NCBI GenBank assembly: GCA_038087875.1
Contig: JAXLNO010000479.1
Location: 62,001-92,461 of the forward strand
Direction of reading: 5' to 3'
Length of the DNA stretch: 30,461 nt
From: Malacoraja senta
Taxonomy: Eukaryota
A program made the translations under genes and the position numbers. Of the stretch, positions 1 to 11,599 are shown piece by piece. The first letter of the stretch is position 1; every line of letters starts with the position of its first letter. The notes under the pieces were generated by a model. It was not told the origin of the DNA. It saw only the letters and a program-made list of their open reading frames with translations, and did no database searches.

Positions 1-2790
1 TTCATTGTGATCATGGCTGATCATCCACAATCAGATGACTGCCTTCTCCCCATACCCCTTGATTCCGCCAGCTCCACGAGCTCAATCTTATTCTCTTTTA
101 AATTCATCCAGTGAATTGGCCTCCACTGCCTTCCGTCGCAGAGAATTTCACAACTTTCTGGATGCAAAACTTTTTTCACATCTCAGTTTAAAATGGCCTC
201 ACCTTTATTCTTAGACTGTGGCCCCTGGTTCTGGACTTCCGCAACATTGGGAACATTTTCCCTGCATCTAGCTTGTCCAGTCCTTTTATAATTGTATATG
301 TTTCTACAAGAACCCCCCTCATCCTTCTAAATTCCAGTCAATACAAGCCCAGTCTTTCCAATCTTTCCTCTTATGACATTCCCGCCACCCTCGGGAATAA
401 CCTTGTGAACCTACGCTGCACTCCCTCAATGGCACGGATGTCCTTCCTCAAATTAGGAGACCAAATCTGCACACAATACTCCAGATGTGGTTTCAGTAGG
501 GCCCTGTAAAACTGCAGAAGGACCTATACTCAAATCATCTCATTATGACGGCCAACATGCCATTCGCTTTCTTCGCAGCCTGCGGTAAATGCAAGTTTAC
601 TTTCAATGACTGGTGTACAAGGAAACCCAGGTCTCGTTGCACTTCCCTTTTTCCTAATCTGACACAATTGATATAATAATCTGCCTCTTTGTTCTTGCCT
701 TCAAAGTGGATAACCTCACATGTATCTACATTATACTCCACCTGCCATGCATCTGCCCTCTCAATCAACCTGTCCAGGTTACCCTGCAACTTCCTAGCAT
801 CCTCTTCGCAGTTCACACTGCCACCCAGCTTTGTGCCATCTGCAAATTTGCTGATGTCACTTTTAATTTCATAATCCAATTCATTAATGTACATTGTAAA
901 TAGCTGCGGCCCCAGCAACGAGCATTGCGGCACTCCTCTCGCACTGTCTGCCATTCTGACAGGGACCCGTTTATTCCTACTCTTTGTTTCCTGCCTGCCA
1001 ACCAATTCTCAATCCATGGCTTACCCTACCCTCAATACCTTGTGCTCCAATTTTGCCCACTATTCTCCTGTGTAGGACCTTATCAAAGGCTTTCTGAAAG
1101 TCCAGATACACTACATCCACTGGCTCTCCTTCATCCATTTTACCGGTCACATCTTCAAAAAATTCCGGAAGATTAGTCAAGCAGGATTTCCCCTTCATAT
1201 ATCCATGCTGACTTCGACCAATCCTATTACTATCATCCCAATGCGCCGTTATTACTTCTTTAATAATTGACTCCAGCATGCCCCCCAACCACCGATGTCA
1301 GGCTAACTGGTCTATAATTCTCCGTTTTCTCTCTCGCTCCTTTCTTGAAAATGGTGATAATTTTAGCTACCCTCCATCCACAAGCACAGTTCCTGAATCA
1401 AAGGAAAATGGGGAAATGATCACCAATGAGTCAACGATTTCTGGAGCCACCTACAGTACTTGAGTACCCTGGGATGCCCAGACCATCAGGCCCTGGGCAT
1501 TTTACAGCCTTCAGTCTCATCAGTCTACCCAATATTATTTCTCGTCTAATGCAAATGTATTTATGTTCCTCTGTCTTCCTAGATCCTCTGTCATCTAGTA
1601 CATCTGGGAGATTGTTGGTGTTTTCCTTATTGAAGACAGAACCAAAGTCCCTGTTCAACTCTTCTGCCATTTCCTTGTTCCCCATAATAATTTCACATGT
1701 TTCCGTCTTCAAGGGACCCACATGTGTCTGTACTAATCTTTTTCGCTTAACACACCTAAATAAGCTTTTTACTATCCTTCTTTATATTATTGGCAAGCTT
1801 AACGTCGAACTTCATCTTTTCACCCCGTATTGCCCTTTTAGTTACCTTCTGATATCCTTTGAAAGTTTCCAAATCCTCTGGCTTCCCTCTACTCTTTGCG
1901 ATATTATACATATTTTCTTTGAGTTTTCTACCGTCCCTAACTTCCCTTGTCTGCCACGGTTGCCTCTTACTCCTCTTAGAATCTTTCTTCCTCTTTGGAA
2001 TGAAATGATCCTGCATCTTCTGGATTATGCCCAGAAATACCTGCCATTGCTGTTCCATCGTCATTCCTGCTAGGACCCTTTTCAAACCGGCCTTGGTCAG
2101 CTCCTCTCTCATGCCTTCATAGTCCCACTTGTTCAAATACAACACTGACAATTCTGATTTAACCTTTTCCCTCTCAAATTGCAGATACAACTTATCATAT
2201 TAGGATCACTATCTGCAAGCGATTCCTTTACCTTGAGTTCCCTTATTAAATCTGGTTCATTAGACAATACTAAATCCAGAATTGCCTTCTCTCAGATAGG
2301 CTCCAATACAAGCTGCTCTAAGAATCCATCTCGGAGGCACTCTAAAAACTCCCTTTCTTGGGGTCCAGACTAAACCTGATATTCTAAGTCTGCATATTGA
2401 AATCTCCCATAACCAAAGTGGCATTACCTTTGTTACATGACATTTTTAACTCCTGCTGCAACTTGCACCCTATATCCCGGCTACTGCGTGGGGGCCTGTA
2501 AATAGCTCCCATTAGTGTCTTCTTACCTTTCAATTCCTCATTTCCAGTCCCTATGTCATCCCTCGCAAGGGTCTACATTTCGTCCCTCACCAACGGAGCT
2601 ACCCCACCTCCTCTGCCCACTTGCCTGTCCTTTCTGAAGGACGTATAACCCTGAATATTCAGTTCACAACCCTTATCCTCCTGCAGCCATGTATCTGTAA
2701 TCCCCACAATGTCATATATACCAATCTCTAACTGAGCCTCGTTCATCCACTTTATTTTTTATACATCGCGTATTCATATATAATGCTTTT
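1..2790 (-). mobile_element. CR1-clade (HER1-like) LINE, decayed ORF2 (APE endonuclease + RT)
   Basis: Minus-strand ORF pieces GVPQCSLLGPQLF, SKFADGTKLGG, QHGYMKGKSCLTNL and VYLDFQKAFDKV. Endonuclease start KALYMNTRCIKNKVDE near 2790. Many stops and frameshifts. Confidence 0.95.
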
Positions 2791-3445
2791 AAAACAGAAA
2801 ACTGTTAATCAGTCTGCAGTCTTATAGGGATTGAATAGTCACGTTTCTCGTCTATATTTCGGGTGACATTACTGATGAGGAATATCGTGATACACGCTTC
2901 CCTAGAAACATCTATAAGATTACCATGCTTCGTCAGCTAATGATATCTCTCGGCATTCATGGCCTTAATGTCGATTCATTAATTTGTATCACAACAATCA
3001 CCTGCATTGTTGCCAAAAAATGACCACACAATATCACGTGTCCATGATGACTGTGAAAGATACTCAAATAAAAATCCTGGCAGGAATTCTCTTTCCACTT
3101 GTATATGGAACGTGATTATATTGGTTTCTGAAGGGCAGCCTAACTGCAATTCCCAGCAACGGCACAGTAAGATTTAATTTTCATGTTATCTGAATTATTT
3201 ATTTTGCTTGCAACAATTGTCATTGCCGATAGTACTCCGCACGCACGCAAAACGATTAATTCGAAAGTAACACCGCAGTAGGCGGATTATGGTTTACTGT
3301 CTATTTTTGTTGTTCAATAACGAGGACAAATGTTTCAGAAAACACAGACACAGGAGATTGAGATTGAGATTGGAGATTGACGGATCGAGATCCTTCATCC
3401 GGACTGAGATTGCACGAGTGCAGACCAAGTGAAATCAGTCTAAGC

Positions 3446-3604
3446 ATAGAAACATGGACAATATATACAGGAGAAGGCCATTAAGCCCTTTGAGCCAACA
3501 CTGCCATTCAATACGAATATGGCTGATCATCCAGAATCAGTACCCCGTTCCTGCTTTCCCCTCCATATCCCTTGATTCAGTTAGCCCTAAGAGCTATATC
3601 TAAA
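3446..3604 (-). mobile_element. Short CR1/HE1-type 3'-end fragment (duplicate at about 15107-15265)
   Basis: CATAGAAACAT...GGCCATT...ATGGCTGATCATCC matches the 3' ends of the other CR1 copies in this window. Confidence 0.8.
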
Positions 3605-3789
3605 TGGTGAGACGGGATATGAGATTGCGAAATTCCGATTTATATATTTCTTAAAACCATTCAATTAAAAAAAAAATGTAGTTGTTCCTACAGAGAATGT
3701 TGTTCTTTTTGCAGTAATAATTTTATATCTAACTGATTACTGATATCCGTCCAATTTCGGGTCAACCAGCATCTGGGGATGGAATTGAA

Positions 3790-3846
3790 TTTCGGGTAGA
3801 GACTCTTCTTCAGATAGTTTGAAGAATGATCCCGACCCGAAATGTC
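3790..3846. mobile_element. Inverted pair of Penelope-like terminal repeats with hammerhead-like cores (duplicate at 15451-15507)
   Basis: Minus strand reads TCTGAAGAAGAGTCTCTACCCGAAA; plus strand reads TTGAAGAATGATCCCGACCCGAAATGTC. Confidence 0.6.
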
Positions 3847-4576
3847 AATATGTCTGCGTCCTTTAGCGTTTTTCTAATTATCCATTAGTTGCCCGGTCAA
3901 ATTACTTTTACTTTTTAATTACTTTTTAAGAAGATTATCTCCGTCGTACGTGTTCTACCCGCGTAAGAGGCGTTTTCTGAATTACAATCCGTATTTTAAT
4001 AAACCAAACAAATTGGATCGCCGACTCTGTGCGAATATCGTTGCACTTCACATTTTGGGAGTGATGTAAACATTTATATCCAAATTCCAAATATATCCAT
4101 AATGTCTTTTAATAGGCAGGCTAACAGGAAGGTCACGGATTTGAATCTAGAACGGCAAATAGTTTTTTAAGTGGGATCCTGTGCGGATCCTTCAGTCGGA
4201 CAGAATCTATTTTCTGGTTAAATTTAGCAAACACCCCAGTCACCTACTGAAGTCTAATAATATCTCAGGGAAACCTTAATGCTGCTATGAGCATTGCATA
4301 AAGAAAGGAATTATGAGTGGTTTCTTTTTAATTTAATATTTTGTCGTTATTCTTATGGATAACTGTCGTTAACACATTTTGCAATAAATTAAAAACGAGA
4401 AGCAATACATTATGTTTTAGTTATTTTCCCACAAAGCATTCTTGGCGAAGACATTCACTAATTTCTTGTGAACTGTTATTCCCTTGTTTAGTTGAACAAC
4501 TGTTGCTCTTCATTCGTTTTTGCTAATTAAGATACGGAGGTTTAAACATACACCTGAAATTTATAATGATTCAGAT

Positions 4577-5690
4577 ATGTTGAAACTGTGCTACGTTGGT
4601 AAATAACAGACTTATTGATATGCTTGGAATATTGTACCAGTGTTATTGTAGTTGTGAATATGTGCAATGTATTCGTATTGAAATCCTATATTCTGCATCT
4701 GTTGAGATGTACAATGGTGAGTTCGGCTCAGGAAACTATTAGGACCAGGGCAAACCTACACGCCTCCAGACGCAGAGCAACACAATCTAAACAATAACAA
4801 CGTGTTAATTGGAAATCTGAAATAGTGACAGAAAATGGTGGTATAGAAGTAGCTAATATTTCGTGTCCGATACCCTTGGCCCAGTTCCCCAGAACTGCGG
4901 AAAAAGAGAAGGAACATTTGTCTCTGTAGTAGAGTTGAAACGTGATGGCAATGAGTGTAATAAAATAACCTTCTCTGTTAATGTGAAGTAATGCAACCAT
5001 CAGGATCAGTTATGGCAGAGATCAAACTGGATTAAGTGAACAAGTACAAGTACCTGGTCCTTCACAGAAGCAACAATTGTGCGTTGCCTTTACGCATAAT
5101 CTGCTAATTTTACCGAAATAACTTGGAACTCTGTCTATGATGAGAAGCAACTGGGCATCGCGTTCTTCGCAGTGTTGCCATCACCGATGGTCGGTGCGCT
5201 CAGGATGGGTCGGGTGACGTGGTTCTCTGTTGTTGTGCCCATGGTCCACATGACACATAATAATTCCAATCTCTCAATTACCTGTACGGGAAATCCTGTT
5301 CCCGACATCAATTGCCTCCCGAACGCAGTTAAAATTCAACGATCTTCCTCTGCCAATATCTATTGAAGTCGTGAAAATAGAAAACCCTCTAAATATACAT
5401 GTCCCGAAACCATCTTGATGCTCAGGGAACGTGACTTAGCAAAACAAATGGGATACTTCGCTCCATCTTCTTCACACAGCGACATTTCAGAAGCGCATAA
5501 TAAACAAACAACACTCGGATGATGGTAACGAGAAAAATTAAACCTTGCATCAAACAGATCCCTATCAATCCCAGCCATCCCTTTCGACATCCCCGCAGAG
5601 ACAACGTAATCCTCCTATTATCATCTTGTTTCGTGCATCTTGGCTGCCTCTTCACGAATTCGGTCAGCCAGATTGATAATGTTCACTTTT
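4577..5690 (+). pseudogene. Possible decayed Ig-superfamily (V-C2-C2, nectin/PVR/CADM-like) gene
   Basis: Across frames: QRVNWK, VELKRDGNECNKITF, IVRCL..SANFTEITW, LSITCTGNPVPDIN, SKYTC followed by RNHL, and a hydrophobic stretch VILLLSSCFVHLGCLF. Possible short leader ATG 4577 to donor TTG|GTAAAT at 4599. Many stops and frameshifts; the family call is pattern recognition only. Confidence 0.35.
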
Positions 5691-6364
5691 AAATCGAGGA
5701 CGCATTCGACGCGGAGCGGGCGAGCTGTCGCCGGGGGTCGCCGGAGAGGAGCGCTCCGATCGCTGGCCCGCGGCAGCCTGAAGCCGCGGTCTGCAGAGCA
5801 CCAGCTGGCGCGGCGTCCTGGGCCTGGGATCCCCCGTTGGGGATCCGGGAGGAGAGGAGCATCGACCGCCGGCCCGCGGCCAACTTCTACCGCGGGCGCA
5901 GAGTGGACGTACCATCAGGAGCGGGGTCCCTCGCCGGGGACCCCTGGAGCGGAGCTCCGACCGCCGACCCTGCGTTCTGCGGTGCTTCCAGCTGCTGCGC
6001 GGCGGGGACTTTTGATCTTCGACCGCCGGCCTGCGGCCTACACCAACCTGAAGCCGCGGTCTCCGGTAGGGAAGTACCGATTTAGGACTTACCTGGACTT
6101 TACCTTGTCGACACATCTGGACGCACGCAGCGGCGACTGCGGAGGGTTGAGTTCCCGACCACGGGGGAAATGGAGGAGGACTGGCCAAATTGTGTGCCTT
6201 CCTCCACAGTGATGAATGCTGTGGTGGATGTTTATTTTAAGATTATATTGTGTTTTTGTGTGTTATTTTTTCATCGTACCGCTGCTGGCAAATTCATTTC
6301 ACTTGCACTTTATGTTTGCACTTTATGTGCAAGTGACGAATAAAACTGATTGTATTGTATTGTT
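5691..6364 (+). mobile_element. GC-rich non-coding retroposon with 3' hairpin, AATAAA and (ATTGT)n tail (duplicate at 17351-18024)
   Basis: Abrupt GC-rich block with an internal direct repeat CCTGAAGCCGCGGTCT. 3' stem CACTTGCAC...GTGCAAGTG, then AATAAA and TGATTGTATTGTATTGT. Confidence 0.65.
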
Positions 6365-6404
6365 ACATCTATATTACTAAAACTATGATCTTGATCGCTT
6401 TCGC

Positions 6405-7150
6405 TTGACCTGAAATGAAAGCAAATGGATTGTATTGTTGTCCTCGCCTGCTCTGTGTTTGGCTTGGCGTTACTTGACTTGACTTGGCTTGACTTGAATT
6501 GCCTTGGATGACTTGGATTGACTTGGATTGACTTGGATTGACTTGGATTGAATTGGATTGATTTGGATTGACTTGGATTGACTTGACTTGACTTTATTTG
6601 ACTTGACTTGGATTGACTAGGATTAACTTGGATTGACTTGACTTGGAGTGATTTGGAGTGACGTGGAGTGACTAGGAGAGAGTTGGAGTGACTTGGAGTG
6701 ACTTGGATTGACTTGGATTGACGTGGATTGTCATGGATTGACTTGGATTGACTTGAAATGGATTGACTTGACGATTTGAAATGGCTGGACGACTTGACTT
6801 GACTTGACTTGACCTGAAATGGATTGACTTGACTTGAAATGGATTGACTTTGTTGGCAAATGGATTGTATTGTTGGCCCCGCTTGCGCTGTGCTTGGCTT
6901 TACTTGACTTGACTTGGCTTGGCTTGGATTGCCTTGGATTGCCTTGGATTGACTTGGAGTGACTTGGATTGATTTGGATTGACTTGACTTGAAATGGATT
7001 GACTTGACTTGACTGGACTTGATGTGAAATGAATTGACTTGACTTGACTTGAAATGGATTGACTTGACTTGACTTGAAATGGATTGTTGGCACTGCACTC
7101 ACTGTGCTTGACTTGACTTGACTTTACTTGATTTGACTTGACTTGACTTG
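6405..7150. repeat. (GACTT/GGATT)n pentanucleotide satellite with higher-order repeats
   Basis: Directly visible. The spacer GCAAATGGATTGTATTGTTG recurs at about 6421 and 6856. Confidence 0.95.
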
Positions 7151-8079
7151 TTGGCCCTGCACTCCGGTTGATCCAAATGTCCCGCTCACTCCGGAAGTCC
7201 CGCTCGATGAATCTACTCAGCCGCGTGAGTAGATTCAAGAGATTTTACTGTCGTATTTATGTTGTGTCTGTTTGAGTGAGTGTGTGTGAGTCAGTGTGTG
7301 TGAGATGGAGGGTGGCTGAGTGTGCCTGTGAGTGTGTGATGGATATTGTGTGTGTGTGAGTGTGGCTGTGTGTGTATGTATGATCATATTGAATGGCGGT
7401 GCAGGCTCGAAGGGCCGAATGGCCTACTCCTGCACCTATTTTCTATGTATCTATGTATCTATGTATGAATGTGTGTGTGTGTGATGGAGGGTGTCTGTGT
7501 GTGTGTGATGGATTGTGCGTGTGAGGTGGAGGGTATGTGTGTGCCATGGAGGGTGTGTGTGTGAGTCCGCCAGCCGTGAGTCAACTGCCAGCCCACCAGC
7601 CGCGAGTGGGTGACTCACATGACTGCCCACCTTTGGCCAACCTAAAACCACTCATTTCGGTCCACAATGCCCCTATTAGCCCAGAAACTAGTCCCATTTG
7701 CCGAAAATGACCGTATTAGCCCAGGAGGAGTATTTTGGCCCAAATCACATGTGCCAGGCCGGGAAAATTCAAGAAAAAGTGCCTTTAACTGAGATTTCAC
7801 TCTGATTTATTTAAAGAGTACATTCGGCACATCATGCCTGTACTAGCCCAGAAGGAGTTCCTTCGGCCCATCAGTAAGTATTCCCCCTGCAAGTATTAAA
7901 CCTCACCCCAGCATGTTTCTCCCTCCCATCAATGGCTCACAGTGAGATCCACTCCAGGTCAGACTTTCCTCCTTCATTGCTGTGATCTGATGAAAAATGT
8001 CTAAACTTGATTCTCCACCCTCTCCCTCTTCTCTCTCACAGAGTCTCTCACCTGTTTTGAGCAGAATTTCTGGAAGTTT

Positions 8080-8250
8080 CTGAGCTGCCAGCCCACCAGC
8101 CCTGAGCTGCCAGCCCACCAGCTCTGTGTGAATGAGCTGCCAGCCCACCAGGCCTGAGCTGCCAGCCCGCCAGGCCTGAGTGACTGAACTGCCAGGCCTG
8201 AGTGACTGAACTGCCAGACCTGAGTGACTGAGTGACTGAACTGCCAGCAC
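8080..8250. repeat. Minisatellite TGAGCTGCCAGCCCACCAG / TGAGTGACTGAACTGCCAG
   Basis: Several degenerate tandem units inside the Helitron. Confidence 0.85.
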
Positions 8251-8427
8251 AGGAATCCATTCGGCCCACAATGTCCAAACTAGCCCTCTGAAAACCAGTC
8301 CCTTCGGCCCACAACATTCATGCTAGCGCTCCAGAAAGACCCCCCTCCCCGAATGGCCACCAATATTGGAATTGGTGGAGAGGTGGAATATTGCGTTTGG
8401 GGACCCAAAGGATCCCACTTAGTCTAG

Positions 8428-10210
8428 TTTATTGTAAATAGCTGCGGTCCCGGCACAGACCCTTGCGGTACCCCACTAGCCACTGCCTGCCATTCTCAAA
8501 GGGACCCGTTAATCCCTACTCTTTGTTTCCTGTCTGCCAACCAATTTTCTATCCATGTCAGTTCTTTACCCCAATACCATGTGCCCTAATTGTGTCTTCT
8601 AATTTCCTATGAGGGACCTTATCAAATGCGTTCTGAAGGTCCAAGTACTCTACATCCACTGGCTTTCCCTTGTCCATTTTCCAAGTTACATCCTCAAACA
8701 ATTCCATAAGATTAGTCAAGTACGATTTCCCCTTCATAAATCCATGCTGACTCGGACCGATCCTGTTACTGCTATCCAAGTGTGCCGCTATTTGATCTTT
8801 TGCAAGTGACTCTAGTATCTTCCGCACCACCGATGTCAGGCTAACTGGTCTATAATTTCCTCTTTTCTCTTTCCCGCTTTTAAAAAAAAAGTGGGATAAC
8901 ATTAGCTACCCTCTAATCCGCATGAACTGATCCTGAACATTGGGAAATTAGCACCAATGCATCCACGATATCCAGCGCCACCTGCTTGAGTACACTGGGA
9001 TGCAGACCATCACGCCCTGGGGATTTATCAGTCTTCAGTCCCATCTGACTACCCAATACCATGTCCTGCCTAATGTGCATTTTTTCAGATCCTCCATCAC
9101 CCTAGATCCCATGGCCACTAGTACACCAGGGAGATTGTTTGAGCCCTCCTTAGTGAAGACGGTTCCAAAGTACCTGTTCACCTCGTCTGCCATTTCTTTG
9201 TTCCCCATAATAAATTCACCATTTTCAGTCTTCAATTGTCCACATTTGGTCTTAACTATTTCTTTCCTCTACACATACCTAAATAAGTTTTTACTATCCT
9301 CCTTTATATTCGTAGCTAGCTTATCCGCGTACCTCATATTTTCTTCCCGTATTGCCTTTTTTGTTATATTCTGTTGCTCTTTAAAAGTTACCCAATTCTC
9401 TGGCTTCCCGCTCACCTATCCTATGTTATAATTCTTCTCTTTTATTTTTATACTGTCCCTGACTTCACTTGTCAGCCACGGCCGACCTTTACTCCCCTTA
9501 GAATCTGTCTTCCTCTTTGAAATGAATCTTCTGTACACCTTCTGTATTATTCCCAGAAATACCTGTCATTTTTGGTCCACTCCCATCCCTACTAGGGTAT
9601 CTTTCCATTCAACTTTGGCCAGCTCCTCCCTCATGGCACCATAGTCCCCTTTGTTCAACTATAATACTGACACCCCCGATTTACCCTTCTCCCTCTCAAA
9701 TTGTATATCAAAACTTATCATATTTTGCGCACTTCCTCGTAATGTCTCCATTACCTCGAGTTCCCTTATCAAATCCGGTTCATTACACAACACTAAATCG
9801 AAGATTGCCTTCTCCCTGGTAGGCTCCAATACCAGCTGCTCTAATAAATCATCACGGAGGCACTCCTCAAACTCCCTTTCTTGGGGTCCAGTACCAACCT
9901 GATTTTCCCAGTCTACCTGCATGTTGAAATTTCAAATAACAACCGTAGCATTATCTTTATGACATGCCAAATTTAACTCTTGATTCAACTTGCACCCTAT
10001 ATCCAGGCTACTGTTTGGGGGCCTGTTGATAACTCCCATTAGGGTCGTTTTACCCTTACAATTCCTCAGATCTATCCATACTGACACATCTCCTGAATCT
10101 ATGTCACCCCTCGCAAGGAACTGAATTACATTTCTCACCAACAGAGCTACCGCACCCGCTCTGTGCACCGGTCTGTATTCGATAAGATGTCTACCCTTGA
10201 ATGTTCAGTT
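8428..10210 (-). mobile_element. CR1-clade LINE fragment (endonuclease to RT N-terminal half), cut at the Helitron 3' end
   Basis: GNYRPVSLTSVV, QHGFMKGKSYLTNL, YLDLQNAFDKVPH, EPTREKAIFDLVLCNE and GVINRPPNS in minus-strand ORFs. Confidence 0.93.
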
Positions 10211-10519
10211 GAATTTATAATTACAATTTATAAATACTGGAATGTTCCGTTTATAATTACTGCGATCCAATGCACTCGCACACATGTGAATCTTTAATTT
10301 TGTACCATCGTTAACAAATCGTCATTGTTTTAGTATTTCTGCATCGGATTGAATGATGGTTTTTCAAGTGATACCTTGTGAGATAGTGGACCGAATGATG
10401 ACTTTTGCAATTGCATGTAATTCTCATTCCCGTGCTCTCTTCTCACACATCTGCCTGTATACCTAGTTTCTAACTCAGCACTATTGATGCAGATTGATTC
10501 ATGCACTCCACCTCTTCTT

Positions 10520-11090
10520 AAGTCCAATTCCTAGCTCTTTCGTCTTTCAGACACGAGGGAAGAGGCTGTTGCATTCACATCATGCTACGAAGATCTCAAT
10601 CTCCTTGTAAGATCCGGCTGACCACGGTGTATTTATCTACAAACCTGTAAATGTAGTTGGAGCAAGAACTGGTCACACAGCAGGAAGTGTACGGGGAGAG
10701 AGTAAGATGCGGACGACGCGGCTTTTCTGTGCGCCGATGTTGAAAATGATAGCGGACGATGATTTGTCGCTTACCCTTTCTGATTTTGTGTGCGAGTCAG
10801 GGGGTCAGTGGCGGAGGGCGTGATGTCTGCAAGGTACAGGAATATGGAGATGGGTTTGGTTGGATTGTGATACTGATTGTGGATCTGTAGTCAAACAATA
10901 GGAGGCCTTCTTCTCCAGATGTTCTGGAGATGACTGTACCGTGGCGCCATAGAGATGGCGTCCGATGAATTGTCCGAGAACGGTAGGCAAAATGTAATGT
11001 GTCAAGGGTGATTCTGAGGCTGGACTAATGTGCACGATGATCACCGCCTCTAGACAAGTTATGATTGTGGATGCCAGAGACACTACATTC
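10520..11090 (-). mobile_element. Old Rex1/Babar-type LINE RT fragment
   Basis: Degenerate CLEAVIIVHI..., SSPEHLEKKASY, IGAQKS and YRFVDKYTVV resemble the CFERLVM / GAPQG / YKFADDTTVV blocks of this clade. Confidence 0.6.
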
Positions 11091-11210
11091 CAGCCACATA
11101 ATTGACATATGTGTTATTTCCTCTTTTCCAATATATTGAAGCCAGAAAGAGAAACATGGGCTTAAATTTTCTCAAGTAATGCTTCTTTTTCAGAAACGCG
11201 GAGATCAGTA

Positions 11211-11325
11211 TGTTTGAAGAAGGGTCTCCACCCGAAACGTCACCCATTCCTTCTCTCCAAAGATGCTGCCTGTCCCGCTGAGTTACTCCAGCATTTTGTG
11301 TCTGTCTTCAGTATGTTTTAAGCAA
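11211..11325 (+). mobile_element. Penelope-like terminal repeat with degenerate hammerhead core
   Basis: TTGAAGAAGGGTCTCCACCCGAAACGTC...GATGCTGCCTGTCCCGCTGAGTTACTCCAGCATTTTGTGTC, the same family as the terminus at 29813-29905. Confidence 0.75.
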
Positions 11326-11599
11326 CTTGCGAATTTCAAACAGCTGTACGTTTACGTTTACAAGCTTTTATCATACGGACCAAAAGCGAATGTTATGATG
11401 TTGCTTCTCAGTAAATGCTGCCGGCGTAGCCCTCCAGTTTGTGCAGCGGGATTAGACGAAACAAACTTCCACCCGATATTCATACCAGAATTGATTCTTA
11501 AATGTTCAGTTTGTTATCAGTAGACTGCGGAGAGGTGCAACGCCTGGGTTTTCCAGGTGGCTGAATTTGTCAATGAACTTTTCAGGATTATGGTAAAGA

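Larger units (their letters stand above)
1..6404 (+). repeat. Segmental direct duplication, copy 1 (left end outside the window)
   Basis: Matches 11662-18064 almost base for base. The ORF track repeats with offset 11661, then 11660 after a 1-bp indel near 4860. Identity stops after TTGATCGCTTTCGC at 6404/18064. Confidence 0.97.
6368..8427 (+). mobile_element. Non-autonomous Helitron, probably chimeric
   Basis: 5' end A|TCTATATTACTAAAA. 3' subterminal hairpin GGGACCC-AAA-GGATCCC followed by ACTTAGTCTAG|T. Internal satellites and no Rep/helicase ORF. Confidence 0.8.

Noticed and set aside
1426..2073. 215-aa plus-strand ORF
   Set aside because: Antisense to CR1 ORF2.
4577..5000. Rearranging Ig/TCR V segment (short leader plus about 100-bp intron)
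   Set aside because: No YYC followed by a CACAGTG heptamer and nonamer, and no clear WYxQ framework motif.
5640..6212. 190-aa and 174-aa GC-rich ORFs (and duplicates at 17300-17872)
   Set aside because: Open on both strands in GC-rich repeat DNA, with no recognisable domain.
6310..7238. 262-aa and other S/Q/K-rich minus-strand ORFs
   Set aside because: Translations of the GACTT pentamer satellite.
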